The translations under genes and the position numbers were made by a program. A stretch of 63,540 bases of DNA, the filler included, from Octopus bimaculoides (taxonomy: Eukaryota), in NCBI RefSeq assembly GCF_001194135.2. It is 5 parts of 4 records of this genome, joined end to end, with 100 filler letters (N's around TTAATTAATTAA, not from the genome) between each part and the next. Parts side by side here need not be neighbours in the genome. Positions count along the whole stretch, not along the records: positions 29,172 to 50,731 come from NC_068987.1; 4 more parts are not named here. One strand, written 5' to 3'. The stretch's first letter is position 1. Each line of letters starts with the position of its first letter. The notes beneath the pieces are model-generated. The model saw nothing but the letters and a program-made list of their open reading frames with translations, did not search any database and was not told the origin of the DNA. Positions 37,386 through 50,265 of this stretch are shown here, piece after piece.

Positions 37386-39369
37386 TTACTATATATATAT
37401 ATATNNNNNNNNNNNNNNNNNNNNNNNNNNNNNNNNNNNNNNNNNNNNNNNNNNNNNNNNNNNNNNNNNNNNNNNNNNNNNNNNNNNNNNNNNNNNNNNN
37501 NNNNNNNNNNNNNNNNNNNNNNNNNNNNNNNNNNNNNNNNNNNNNNNNNNNNNNNNNNNNNNNNNNNNNNNNNNACCTCCATGTTGCTGAGGTGTGTGCA
37601 GCATTGTATGTTCAAATCATTTGAGCGCTATTGTTTTCTACACTGAGAATCTGTTTTGACTCAACATGCGCACATGTGCACACATATATACATGTGCACC
37701 TGTGCACACAGACTTGTGTGCGTATACATATACACAAACGTATATTCATACATTTTTCATATTTGTTTATCTCATCACTCCTGATAAAATGTTGCTAAAG
37801 TCCCCAGAATTTCTAACTCTGGTAACACCGTCCATTGGATGTTTAAAAATGGCTGTTAAATCTAAATGTGTTTTTCACTATGACTGTGGCATAGGCGTCT
37901 ACAGAATACTTGATCGTAGTTTCGATGCTGTTATTTTCTGAAGAATTTTATTTTGGTTTAATTTAATATACCTATCATTCATTGGTTTTCTTTTTTAACA
38001 GAACAACTTACAGCAAAATATTTGCCTAGTGTGGGTTGTCTATATTAGACATTCGCTTGACAGTTATTTCTGAATATTCAAATGAAAGTTCCTTTCAGAC
38101 AAATGGAGTATGTATTACAAATACACTAACCTCATGTACTGCGGGTACATATTGAATGCATTGTTTTCCGAATGAAGTCATTTCGTTACGCAAGGAAGTT
38201 TCAGGTCGTCAAGGAACCACAAATATGTTTGATAATATTCTAAAATATAATTCAGATTACTCATGCATTTTATAAAGCTGCAAATTTTGGAACAGTGTAG
38301 TTTCAGGAAATAATAAAATATGAATAGCTTCTAAGTTGAACGATGATAATAAATTTGATAGAGCTTTGTTTGTTGATACCAAGCCCGTTGTTATATAGCT
38401 ACTAAATTGATGAAATTTTCCGACAAATTTCTCTCATAGAAAAAAAGAAAAGATAAGTTTCTGAGATCTTTCAATAGTAATCTCTGCTCTATTGGCACAT
38501 ACACATATAACAGAGATTGGGTGATATGCTCAGCAAACATGCATATGAAGTGCATAGTAAGTACGGTGGTACACCATTCAAGAAACTTAAAAGGGTTATG
38601 TCCAAACTTAAGGCAGACATTTCAAAGTAACAATGAAAGCTTCAATGATCATTGAAGCAGCTTTCTCGAAAAGAATCATCCGTATTTCATCAAACTGCAT
38701 TAGATCAAAACAATGTTTAATCGAAAAAAATCATTGTGATATTATATCTAGACATACTTATGATCCATTGTTAACGCAGTTAACCAATTCAGTTTTCTCT
38801 GAAAGGACACACCCAGCCTCATTGGAATGTCAGAATATGTTGTTGCCAAAACAGTAAACATAAGAATCAAGTGCAGGTGCATAAAATTAGTCTTATGTAT
38901 GCCCATGACTATTTACATGTGTATGGCTTTACAATCTTATGAGCATACAAATATACGTTCCTTTTTATATTATTTACATATTTACAATTTCATTGTAACC
39001 ATAATAGTAGTGAAATACATTGATTTAATACGAGTCTTATCTCAGTAGTTATGTACAAAAATATTTCCAACTTTAGAACAATGTATTATCAGGCTGAGAA
39101 AAAAGTAAGCAACGTTTTAAACCATAAAGAACTTGTATCGGAATTTTGCAGAGTTTTAAATTAATTTTTTTTTTGTTTGCAATTGTCTGATAATAGATAT
39201 AGACTTACCCAAATGCATCAATAAATTAATATTGATATTTTTTGCCGTTGCTGCAATCATTTCTAACCGAGCTGTTCATAATTTTTGTTTGTGCGTCGTT
39301 CGGAAGGTTAGTGAAAAATTGTTGAATTACATTTGCTATTAATTGTTGTGTCTTGAGACACTTGTTTTT

Positions 39370-39786
39370 GTTGCCCTACGGCAGTTTTGTTAATGTTGTC
39401 CCCCTTGTATAAAGGGGGAAGCGCATTATTTGTGTCTTCATGATGTATGAGGATTTGAATTCTTCAGACGTCGTTACGTCTGAAGAAGAATTACTGAGAA
39501 GTTTGGATATTGCAGACCAGAAGATGGAGACAATGAAGGTGGTAAAAAAGTGAATTTTGCAGCTGCGGCTGGTGAAACAAGAGAAGAGATTTGTTTTAAG
39601 AAGGTGGAGTTGAACAAGTACAGGGAAATCTTGCAAACGGAGGGGCACGAAGTAAAAGTATCTCCTCCTAGTGAAATTACAAAGGGCACGCAAAAAAAGA
39701 TAATAATATATAGAACGTATAGTTTGAATGCAAAGAGAATAGAGATAATTGTAACTAGAGAAGGCTTTGAGACCCATCTAGCAGGA
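39370..39786 (+). mobile_element. Tx1-like 5' UTR plus ORF1 N-terminal half (H1)
   Basis: The ATG at 39440 starts MMYEDLNSSDVVTSEEELLRSLD, with a frameshift, then KKIIIYRTYS...VTREGFETHLAG. It joins in frame to 10531 LELLAETV. Confidence 0.6.
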
Positions 39787-41332
39787 AGTTACCTACCTTG
39801 CCAGGGAGAGGAAATACGATGCGGTAGCAGGGGCAAAAGTTAACAAGGACAAGTCCATCGGCTTGCCCCTCGGCACCTGGAGGAGCAAGTCGATATCGTC
39901 CAGTGTCGTGGGTCACTGGACAGATGGTCCTGCTAAGTTGTTTGGAGTTTGGTTTGGCCCAGACTCTCAGACGAAGAATAACTGGAGCGAGGTGACATAC
40001 AAGGTAGAGGCCGTAGTACGGAAGTGGTCCGGAAGACCCCTGTCCTTGAAAGGAAGGGCGGAGATGGTACAGATGTTCATTGCATCTGTAATCACTTACC
40101 GCCTGACCGTTGTCCCTTGCCCCGATTCGTGGCTAAACAAGTTGGAAGGACTCCTTTTCCGCTTTTTGTTGAAGGGAGGAAAGCAACTTGTAAGGCGCTC
40201 TGTTTCTTGCCAGCAACCGTTAAAGGGCGGGCTGGGAATGCCTTGCCTAATGATGCTCAGATATGCGTTGAGGCTAAGAAATCGCTGGCGCCACCTGGAA
40301 GGGAATAAAGCGTGGAGTCCTCTGGCAAAGGAATTCTTCCCACGACCGGTTTCAATAGAGAGATTTAAACCGTGTTTCATAAAAAGACAGAATCTGCTTT
40401 TATGGCAGAATGAGTGCCGACAGACACTCCCGCTGCTCCACAAGATGGGCAAGGCCGGCTGCGGGAATACCACCTCAGTGTTCTATGAAGGGCTGGTAGA
40501 GGTTAAAAATGATGACGTCCTAGGAGGGGCTCTGAGGTTCAGCGAGAACCAACTTACCAACCTGTTTAAAAAGACTTTCAGGCCAGGGTACTTGGACAAT
40601 TACCAAAAATCCTGACCTAGTAGTACTACAGGAACGGTTCACCTGTTCGCGATAAGTTGTCTAAGCACGGAATGTCAGTGCCACCGACATGTCCAAGATG
40701 CGAGCTGGATGATGAAACAGTTCAGCACGCTTTTGTACAACGTCGGGAGCTGTCTAGCTTGATACGTTACGTAGAACACATGTTGTCGCATCTAAGACGA
40801 GTACAGCTGTCGGCTGGATCTATAATAAAGATGGTACCACCAACTGGACTCCCAATAGAAGGTGAGGCGTGTTTACACTGTACGGCGGCAGTATTGAAAG
40901 TGTGTGTATGGCGAACTAGAATGAAAGGTTTCGTGACAGAGCCCTTCGTCTCTGGCCAGGGTTTGTTAACCTACTTCAGATACCATCTGAAGAGCAAGAT
41001 GGGGTTGGAGAGTGTAGAGAGAGTATGAGAAACGTTCGAAGCATGTGATGAGAAAGATGAGTGTCAGTAACCTAGCTTAATCATCAATGAAAGGAAAAAA
41101 GATAGTTGCTGGGCCTTACAGGCTGCCGGGTATGAAGTTTGAACTTGTTTCGTTTACTTTATTTTAAAAAAAAAAGGTAACGGAAATTCAAGTAAACTAT
41201 ATAAATTATATCTAAATTTTTAACGTTCATTCAAACTCATCTTAACATTTTTGTAATCGTTTCGTCCCGTAATGTTCCATCTGTGTATTGATTGTATAAT
41301 CATAATAAAGAATCCACCGCCACCCGAACAAT
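39787..41332 (+). mobile_element. L1/Tx1-clade LINE ORF2 C-terminal part X2 (post-YADD RT, C-terminal CCHC) plus 3' UTR
   Basis: Translations give LPC..YDAVAGAKVNKDKSIGLPLGTW...KLFGVWFGPD...LSLKGRAEM...KGGLGMP and CPRCELDDETVQHAF. The 3' end is AATAAAGAA...CGAACAAT. Confidence 0.92.
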
Positions 41333-41459
41333 CTTTTGCGTCGTGAGTTACATTTTGCTAACAAACCTAATGTGAGTTCATTCCTCTGTATGTTTGTACG
41401 TCATTTTTCTGTGTTATAATTTGAAATTCTGTTATTTGAACTGTTGTATGTTGAGAAAC

Positions 41460-41940
41460 AGCAATTTCCACCCTACGGGGCAGAAAATTCTGTTGGAGTA
41501 TTATTTTGAAAAAACTTATTATCGAACTGTTTGTTTTACCCGTTACTGGGTTTATTTTTTGTGAATTTGTCAATTTTGACAAAGATTTTTAAAAGTTTTT
41601 GTGATAGAATTTAACATACCATCCCGAAAGGATTTTCCTGCGATGGGAAAAGATTAACAAGTAATAATGACGAAACACAGGAAAAGCCAACTTTTTCGGC
41701 CGCAGTGAGTGGTAACGTGACTGAGTTAGGAGTGAAAATGGAACAACAGTTCCGAAATTTAATTTTAAAAAGTGGTGGTGACACTAAACTGTTGCTAGAA
41801 CCGTGGTATATAAGATTTACAATCTGAAGGAAAAGCCAATGGAAGCCAAGAACGAAGGGTTGGAAAGGTGCTTGGCACCAATATGGAATAAGATATGCTA
41901 CGGAGAAATAGAACCTTGAATATTGAAGGTAGATGAATAT
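41460..41940 (+). mobile_element. Possible second LINE 5' end / ORF1 N-terminal relic
   Basis: CCCTACGG as at 39374, and a purine-rich frame KPTFSAAVSG typical of ORF1 N-termini. Weak. Confidence 0.3.
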
Positions 41941-43499
41941 GTTTTTTATTAAAAATGAAAAATCTTCACAAACTGTTACCCAGGTTCACGTTACCGTGTA
42001 TGTATGTATGTATGTATGTATGTATGTATGTGTCGAATTTGTCTGCAACGGTTGAAAATCAACGTCATAAAATGGTATTAAGTGCCATTTATTGAACGTA
42101 GGGGAGGAGGAGTGATAATGCTATGTATAGAGAATACAAATAAAGGGGGAAGATGCAGAATAAAGTCTAAGTTTGACTTAAAACAAGCGTGACAAAATGT
42201 GAAAGTTTAGCAATACAATAGACAACCAAGAAGCTCAATTCCACTAAGTCAGTAGAAATTGTAAAATCTCTAATGTACATAAAAATTTGCCAGCAACTAG
42301 TCTTCAACAGAAGCAGTATATCTGTTCTAAAGACAAAGTCGCCAACGTACGGCAAAAGTTTTTCCATGATAGAAAATGAAAAGTGAATACAACAGTATAT
42401 GTGTTTTTTTAAAACCTTCCACTAAACAGTTATATACGTACATATATGTATGCGTTTAGTTGTGTGTATGTGTGGATAAGCAGTGAGTAAAAGACGGAGA
42501 AACTAGTAGAGAGAGAAAACTGGAACTGTAAGATTGTGTAAGACAAATTCCATTTGCGCAGATAGAAAAATGAAGTGTAAAATCTTAGTTGCAATCATTT
42601 TTATTTTCCCCTCAAGTAATATTTTATTGCACACAATACTTATAACTTGATATTAAAATAATAACTTAAACACATGATATTTCCTATAAAGCACTACACC
42701 AGCAAAATGTTTCAAGCGTTTAAATTCCATTTATAGATTCAGTAAAAGAGTCATTCCAAATCTGATATATATTTTGGCTTTTAGCTGGGATTGGCAGGTG
42801 TTGCGCTCTGAGCTTACTAGGAACAAATCTTTAGTTAAGATTATTTTCTTTCTTTCTCTGAGGCAGTTACCACGGCGCTGCAAAGCAATTACTTTGTAGC
42901 CATCAATTCTAAGCAATATGTCTCAGCTCAGAATGAATTTCATTAATGGAAATCAAAAATATTACAGGTAAAACCTCTTTCATTCCAAACAACATATTTT
43001 TTTTTAAACTATTAGTTATTTCACAGTAGACTTTGGCATCGGTAACATATTGTCTTCAGTGACAAAACTTGAAAAATATCCCTTACTGTATTTCAGTGTT
43101 ATTTTGAAATCTGTTCATTGTGATTGCCATACACTGCTAAAGTGTGAAGATTTTCAACAGAGTGGAATATAAGAGTAAAATACAGTAAATTTCAATTAGG
43201 TGAAAGTACAATTCTTACATGAATATATTGACATGAAATACGAATGCAGAAAAGTGCATCTATTACTGTTGAAATAATAAATATTCTTGAAATGATAGAA
43301 TTTCAAGTCAGCGCATCATAAGGATGCATCGACTGAGAACAGACGAGTGGTAAATCTCATTCTGAATAGGACTATAGTTTGGTCACAATTTTCTTCCGAG
43401 AGATTTGAGTCGAGTTCTTTAAACCAAACGGGTGTGCTTAAAACACAACTATATTGTCTGCACTGATTAATTGTTCCCGGAGAGATTAGTGTTTTGGAA

Positions 43500-44200
43500 C
43501 GTATCTTGACTTAACAGCAGAATAATTTGTGAATGTATGAACAAATTTGACCTCAGGAGTGATTGGCCACCATTATGTGACTTGGCCAACATTACTGAAT
43601 TTTTAAAGACGGTGGACATTAGGCTGTTCGATTTAGACTGAAAACCACAGATAACACCACTGACAAGACCAATATGAAAGAACAAATGAAAAAGTTTATA
43701 ACGTGGAAAACCAATATCGAAGAGAAACCACGAAGTGAGGAAACCATCAACTGCAACTAGTGACAGGAACGAATTGATTTGCACGGGCAGTCGACTTTAT
43801 TATCTGGAAAAGAAGTTCTAGTTCTGTTCTCACGTGTCAAGCATTCCATTCTTCTACATTTTCAGGAATATGACTGGACTGCGAAAAGCAAGCAGTAAAT
43901 GGAGACACTCAAAGGGAATAGAGCTTTTAGGAAAAAGAAACCTATCAAGAATCTGAAAACGATCAACATTAGCCGTGACCACAAAGCAAGGAATCAGGAA
44001 GTTGAGCTAATCAGTGCCCCCCCCCCACATCAACCGTACAGCCCGGAGCTGGTGTTCTTGCACTTCCACATCCTTTTTCTAACGAAGGACATTCTTCTGG
44101 AAAAGCATTTTGATATGACATATATGAAAATGGCTATGGTAAGTGACAACAGCAGTGTACAACTGAATAATTCTTAGATCTGTTCGATGATGGTGGAAAT
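43500..44200 (+). mobile_element. mariner transposase remnant with large internal deletions
   Basis: EEKPRS(G)KPSTATSD resembles DEPRSGRP at ~43720. PHQPYSPELVFLHFHI resembles PHPPYSPDLAPSDFHLF at ~44025. Confidence 0.65.
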
Positions 44201-46599
44201 AAATAGATGGTAATAATAACTATGTTCAGTAGTGTCCTTTTTAGAGTAGTTTCTCTAGCATGTGTAATTTGTGCAACATGTATAAGTTAATAAAAGCGAA
44301 ATGCTCACTTTTGTATTGGTTTCTATAGAATCCTCGTACGTATTGACACATGAACACACAAACTGACATACATAATCACGAAAACAAACGCATACACACA
44401 CGCACACAGGCACGCACATGCACACACACACACATACACATACATATATATATCTAGTTATGTCATTGTATACATGTACACACACACACGCACACACATA
44501 TATATATGTATGTGTGTGTATATGCACGTGTGTGTGTGCATGTATACAATTACACATACAGTTTTGTATGTATGTATGTATATATGTATGTATCACACAT
44601 ACACCTTGAGCAACACACACATTTCTCAAATGTTAAACCATCAATTTTAAGTTATTCTCCGTTGGCATTTATTTAGTGTCTATGTTAGATGTAGTGTTAG
44701 CAAAAATACTACTAGGATAAGGAGGATGCGGAGAAGAGGAGGATGAGGAGAGGACCAGAATTTGTGGTGTACTTTCGTCTTTGTTGTTCCTTCTTCTGGT
44801 GTCTCTAGTTTTTACTTTTATAATTTTTGTTCTTTTCATAGTTGTTGTTGATGTTGGTGCTGACGTCGGTGTTGTTGATTTTACTGCTACTGTTCTTTAG
44901 TACATGTTGCTGTTATTACTTTTTTTCTTGTTATTAATTTCGATATTGAAGGCTATTCTCTAAATATGGCTTCCATTTACAGCTATATTCAGATTTATCT
45001 TTTAATCATATGACTTTTATATTTCGACCGAGGCAGAGGTTGATATAAAATACACTTTATTGCAAGATCTCCAAATAGATTGTAAATTGTTTGCTTTTTC
45101 CTTTTCCTTGTCCTGGTTCCTCTGGTTATTGTTTATTGTTTATATTGATGATCTTTTATTTCTTTAGCTTATGTATTTTTCCTATTTTTATCTACTTGTT
45201 ATGATGGTGTTGTAATTTATTTTAGTTATGTTATTATTTTTTAATAAATTCATTTTTATTTTTCAACATAGTAATTCAGACCAAGTTCTAGCGATTGAAA
45301 TAAAGTCGCATTGTTTCACTTTACTATGCCTTCTCTTCATTTTATTTTCTCTCAGCTCTCTAAATACGTCACAATTTAAATCGATTTAATAATGTTTTCA
45401 ATAGGCGTAATTAAGCCTCTATTCTTCATCTTTTATTGAACAATAAAAACAGTAACAACACCAAAATACTAATACAAATGTCAGTCAGGTTCGAATTACA
45501 AAAAATAAACATGTAATTCTGAGAAAAATAGTTTTTGATCAGCATTATTTAATTTTATTACAGTGATTTCTTAGACAGGCACAAGGCTTAACATTTGTAG
45601 GAACACGTTTCTACGTCTATGTATTTGTATGTTTGTGTGCGCGTGTCTGCGTTAGAAAATCGACATAGTATGACTTTCATCTCCTTCTCATGAAAATTAT
45701 ATTGATGGTGTGCAAATTAGGTTCAGTGTTAATGATGAAATCGTGAATATGTTTATTTAGGAGTTTCAGTTAATGACATCAGAAGACGTTTGTATTATTG
45801 TTCTAGCAAAGAACTCTCCTAATTAACTCTATGCTAGCTCCTTGTTTATAAATGATAATAAGTAGGCATAAAAAAACGCAATCGGTTTAACATTACTTCT
45901 CAGTCTTTGGGTTCTTTTACTGGAATCCATTATATTGCATGCATTTAGCCCAGAGCTCCAAGTGGAACCAACCCAAGATGTTCTACACATCAGCTGCAAC
46001 AATCTCACTGGAATGGATAGACGGCTGTAAAGCTGAGTACTCTACTTCGATGTAATTTACAGCTAGCTAAAATTTATAAAGTAACAAACATGTATTATAT
46101 CTATCTCTCCTGTCTGAACACGAAGAGGGAACGTAATAGTAGTAACTGAAGTGGGAATATAAGCAGTAGAAGTCAGCGATAGATACGACATCAAATTGTA
46201 GAATTAGAACAGTAATTGTTGAATTAGATTCAGATCGAATTGGACCTTGATAGAAAACTGACTTAACTGTAACATTATCTGTATCCAAAGACAAATATCG
46301 GTTAATTGCAAAATTAGATATTAATTAATTAGTTTTTATAGTATTTACTGTCAGGTAGCATGTAGGGTTTGAAATTATTACACCAACAACAAATATTGTT
46401 ACCATTGAAACAAACACATTTACTGCAACATTATTACTATTACAAATTCGTAATGATATACTCTAAGTATCAGTTGCTAGTATCATCCACGACATGTTCC
46501 TTGATGCACCACAAATACCGGAAATAGAATATACACTCAGAAACCTATTATCAGTCGCACATTCATACATATGTGTGTGGGTATATATATAGAAAAAAG

Positions 46600-47568
46600 G
46601 TTATTTTATTCCACACGGGTAGAAATATAGGAAAAATAGAAGTTGAAAATGCACTGAGAATGGTTAAAATACTTTTTATTAATATATTCGAAGCCTTAAC
46701 CGGTTTTATAGTTTACACTTATTTTCAAATAGTTCAAATAGAAAGACGTGGCTTATGTGGCAGTTGTTTTGCTTCTGTCTAGTGTTTGAAGATTGCCCTA
46801 TTTTTATAAGGAGTTCATTAGTATATGTTTTGAACAGGATTTGATTGGTAGAGGATAGTCACATGACTGATCTTAGAAATGTTTGTAGGTGTCCCGCTAC
46901 GTCTGTGTGTTAGTATCAAGTGACAATGTCTGGTGTCGTAAGTTAAGGCTGATACGATTGACTGAACATGTCCAAACAATCAATTTTCTGAATGTTTTCT
47001 GTCAAGTGTTTGTAGAGAATGAACATATGGTTAAGTTTCGAACCTCTTGTACGTTTCCCGCTACGTCCGTGCGTTAGTGTCACGTAACAGTGTACTTTGA
47101 GCCTGAAAAGAGGGCCAACAGGCTTGAGGGAACATGTTTAGTTATACTCAAGGCCCTCCAAATTTAATCTGTCTAGAGTGGACAGGAATCGTTTGTATGT
47201 AATTCAGTGGCTAAAGTTTAGGTTGCTAGCTGTATAGGTTCCTCATGATAAGTGGCAGAATGAGTTTTTAGTATTTATTAATTATGTATGTACTCTGTCA
47301 AAGTTTGTTACGTCTTGGTTTGTACTTTCGTATGAAATTATTTCCTTTGTTTATCCATGTTTCATCTCTATTATTCGCCGAACATAGGTAGAGTGGGATG
47401 ACCTAGAATTTGGGGGACGTACCTTTTGCACATATGTCTATGTGTCCACTCAGTGGAATTTGTCTAGTACTGGGATCTAGTATTTGTTGTCGGTGAATGT
47501 TTAGTCTATTTCTTAAAGTTACTTTGTTTGACCTATGTAATCTTCATTACATCCTTGACACCTGATAC
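46600..47568 (-). mobile_element. Second Penelope-like remnant: GIY-YIG C-terminus plus long 3' region
   Basis: The minus strand from 47568 reads IRCQGCNEDYIGQTK, (frameshift), TLRNRLNIHRQQILDPSTRQIPLSGHIDICAK, homologous to the 36690-36810 region. The left boundary is approximate. Confidence 0.8.
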
Positions 47569-47765
47569 ATATATACATACATATATACATACACAACGTT
47601 CTTGTCAATAATGGTCGTTCGACCACCTAGTGATAGAAGCGATTTACCTCTGCCACGGATGTATGGAATAACAGAGTCAGAGCAGGCACTGGTGTCGTGA
47701 TTCCATGATTAGCCATATATACATATATGAAAGAAGGTTTGAAAATGCAATTTTAAAGATGTTTA

Positions 47766-47813
47766 TTTACTTGACCGGTTTCACTTTTTTAGAAAAAGAT
47801 TGTCAAAAGTAAA
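47766..47813 (-). ncRNA. Decayed hammerhead ribozyme upstream of the minus-strand PLE
   Basis: TTTACTT (stem I), TTGACAA (CTGACGA with two transitions), CTTTTT cta AAAAAG, GAAA-CCGG-TC, AAGTAAA (stem I', 7/7 complementary). Confidence 0.6.
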
Positions 47814-49036
47814 ATGTAAAACTTTGTATGAGCTTTGTTGTGTTAGGTACTGGTTATCACAAAAGTTTTAAAATACTGTTATGCATTCTGTGATAATAAT
47901 AAGAAAATGTTAAAAACTGTTTACAAGAAAGTATTTAAGAAAGTAATCAGAACGGGACTACAAAANNNNNNNNNNNNNNNNNNNNNNNNNNNNNNNNNNN
48001 NNNNNNNNNNNNNNNNNNNNNNNNNNNNAGAGAGAGAGAGAGAGAGAGAGAGAGAAGGAGATATATTTAAGAATTTACAAAAAGTTGGAAAGGAATAACT
48101 GACCTGTCTTTCTGACATCTTGTCTTGTGTGTAGATAAGGAATGTTTGCTATTTTAAGGGAAAGTGTGGGAGGTTGGTTGGGGGGAAAGAAGAGCAATGT
48201 GGAAGCAAAAGAATTTTTTGTTTCTGGGCTAGTCTGTCATGGTTCAGTGGTTTTGGGGACTGGTCTTAGAGATCAGAATGGTGTGAGTGTGTGTGTCCCT
48301 GTGCACGTCTCTATGCGTGTGTGCATATATACATGTGCTTGTGTTTTATATTTGGTGGGATGGTGAGTGTATATGTGTGCACGTTAGTGTGTGTGTGTGT
48401 GTATCTGTGATTAATTGTTGTCAGGGTGTTGTGTGTGCGCAAGTGTGTAGATCTGTTTGTTCGCGTGTGTGTGTGTCTTTTAAACTACGAACTATCTTCT
48501 GCCTCCTACCACCTCACGTTTCTATGAAACTTTTAGAACGTTAAATTTTGCATAATTAAGCTTCTTTAATATGTGACTTGAGTTATGCCGCACCGACAAT
48601 TCCAAAGAAAGATGAAATAGTATTACACGTAGCTACCAAAGTCAAAAACCTTTATTTCAGTTTCTGTAAGAAAAAAAGAAATTATATTTTCAAACTGAAA
48701 ATTAAATATGCAGTTTCTCCAGCATTGTCTCATCGAAAAGAGCTCACCTCTCATAACAAATTTATTAGCATCGGTAAAACACGTATGGGGTTATGTCTGT
48801 GCATCTGTGTATATCATATGAGAAGACGAATAGTTTAGAGACACATCCCATGAGTTTCCATACAATCAACTTTAAGATTAGATTTTCATATTATGCGTTT
48901 TCTTTTCAACATGTAAATGTGTATTGAGATTTTCACTTTGTTTTGTGGTAGAAAATCAAAGAAAGAGTAGAAAAGCGAAAGCCGCACATATATAAACACA
49001 TGTATATGCATATTCGTATATGTGTATGTATGTATG

Positions 49037-49067
<31 letters not shown>

Positions 49068-49709
49068 CAACACACCACACACACACCAGCACACCNNNNN
49101 NNNNNNNNNNNNNNNNNNNNNNNNNNNNNNNNNNNNNNNNNNNNNNNNNNNNNNNNNNNNNNNNNNNNNNNNNNNNNNNNNNNNNNNNNNNNNNNNNNNN
49201 NNNNNNNNNNNNNNNNNNNNNNNNNNNNNNNNNNNNNNNNNNNNNNNNNNNNNNNNNNNNNNNNNNNNNNNNNNNNNNNNNNNNNNNNNNNNNNNNNNNN
49301 NNNNNNNNNNNNNNNNNNNNNNNNNNNNNNNNNNNNNNNNNNNNNNNNNNNNNNNNNNNNNNNNNNNNNNNNNNNNNNNNNNNNNNNNNNNNNNNNNNNN
49401 NNNNNNNNNNNNNNNNNNNNNNNNNNNNNNNNNNNNNNNNNNNNNNNNNNNNNNNNNNNNNNNNNNNNNNNNNNNNNNNNNNNNNNNNNNNNNNNNNNNN
49501 NNNNNNNNNNNNNNNNNNNNNNNNNNNNNNNNNNNNNNNNNNNNNNNNNNNNNNNNNNNNNNNNNNNNNNNNNNNNNNNNNNNNNNNNNNNNNNNNNNNN
49601 NNNNNNNNNNNNNNNNNNNNNNNNNNNNNNNNNNNNNNNNNNNNNNNNNNNNNNNNNNNNNNNNNNNNNNNNNNNNNNNNNNNNNNNNNNNNNNNNNNNN
49701 NNNNNNNNN

Positions 49710-49797
<88 letters not shown>

Positions 49798-50052
49798 ATA
49801 TTATCATTATATATGTATGCATATATAGAGAGATAGTTATTGATATTGATATATAAATGTAAGATCCAAGGATCGAATTGTAGGAAGAAAGTGAGCTTCA
49901 AGCTATCTGTACAAAATTTTTTAAAAAAAGAACTTTAAGGAACAATACTTGTTAATTGGGATGGAAGGTTGTGGATCTTTTGTATATCGAAGTACGATAA
50001 ACTGAAAAAAAATATTTTATATTTCATGCTAGGCCGCAAGAGTTCCGTGGTC

Positions 50053-50265
50053 TGCGAATAAAAATTCAAGAGTTAAGGAATGGAGTAGATAAAATCCGGC
50101 TACATATGTTTGATAGCGAATGGAACTTCTGGTGTAGTAAATGTCCAAGCCAGCTTTGCAAGGCTTGCGAATAAAAAATCCAAAGTGTTAAAGAATGGAG
50201 TAGATAACATCTGGGTCACGTATGTTCCATAGCGAGTGGAACCTCGATTTGGTAAATGTCCAAGC
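50053..50265. repeat. Two diverged tandem ~113-bp units
   Basis: TGCGAATAAAAA...GAATGGAGTAGATAA...ATAGCGA.TGGAAC...GTAAATGTCCAAGC begins at 50053 and again at 50166. Confidence 0.8.

Noticed and set aside
39075-39330. Possible mariner 3' end on the minus strand (also 11745-12060)
   Set aside because: There is only a vague TIR-like start and no diagnostic transposase motif that I can read.
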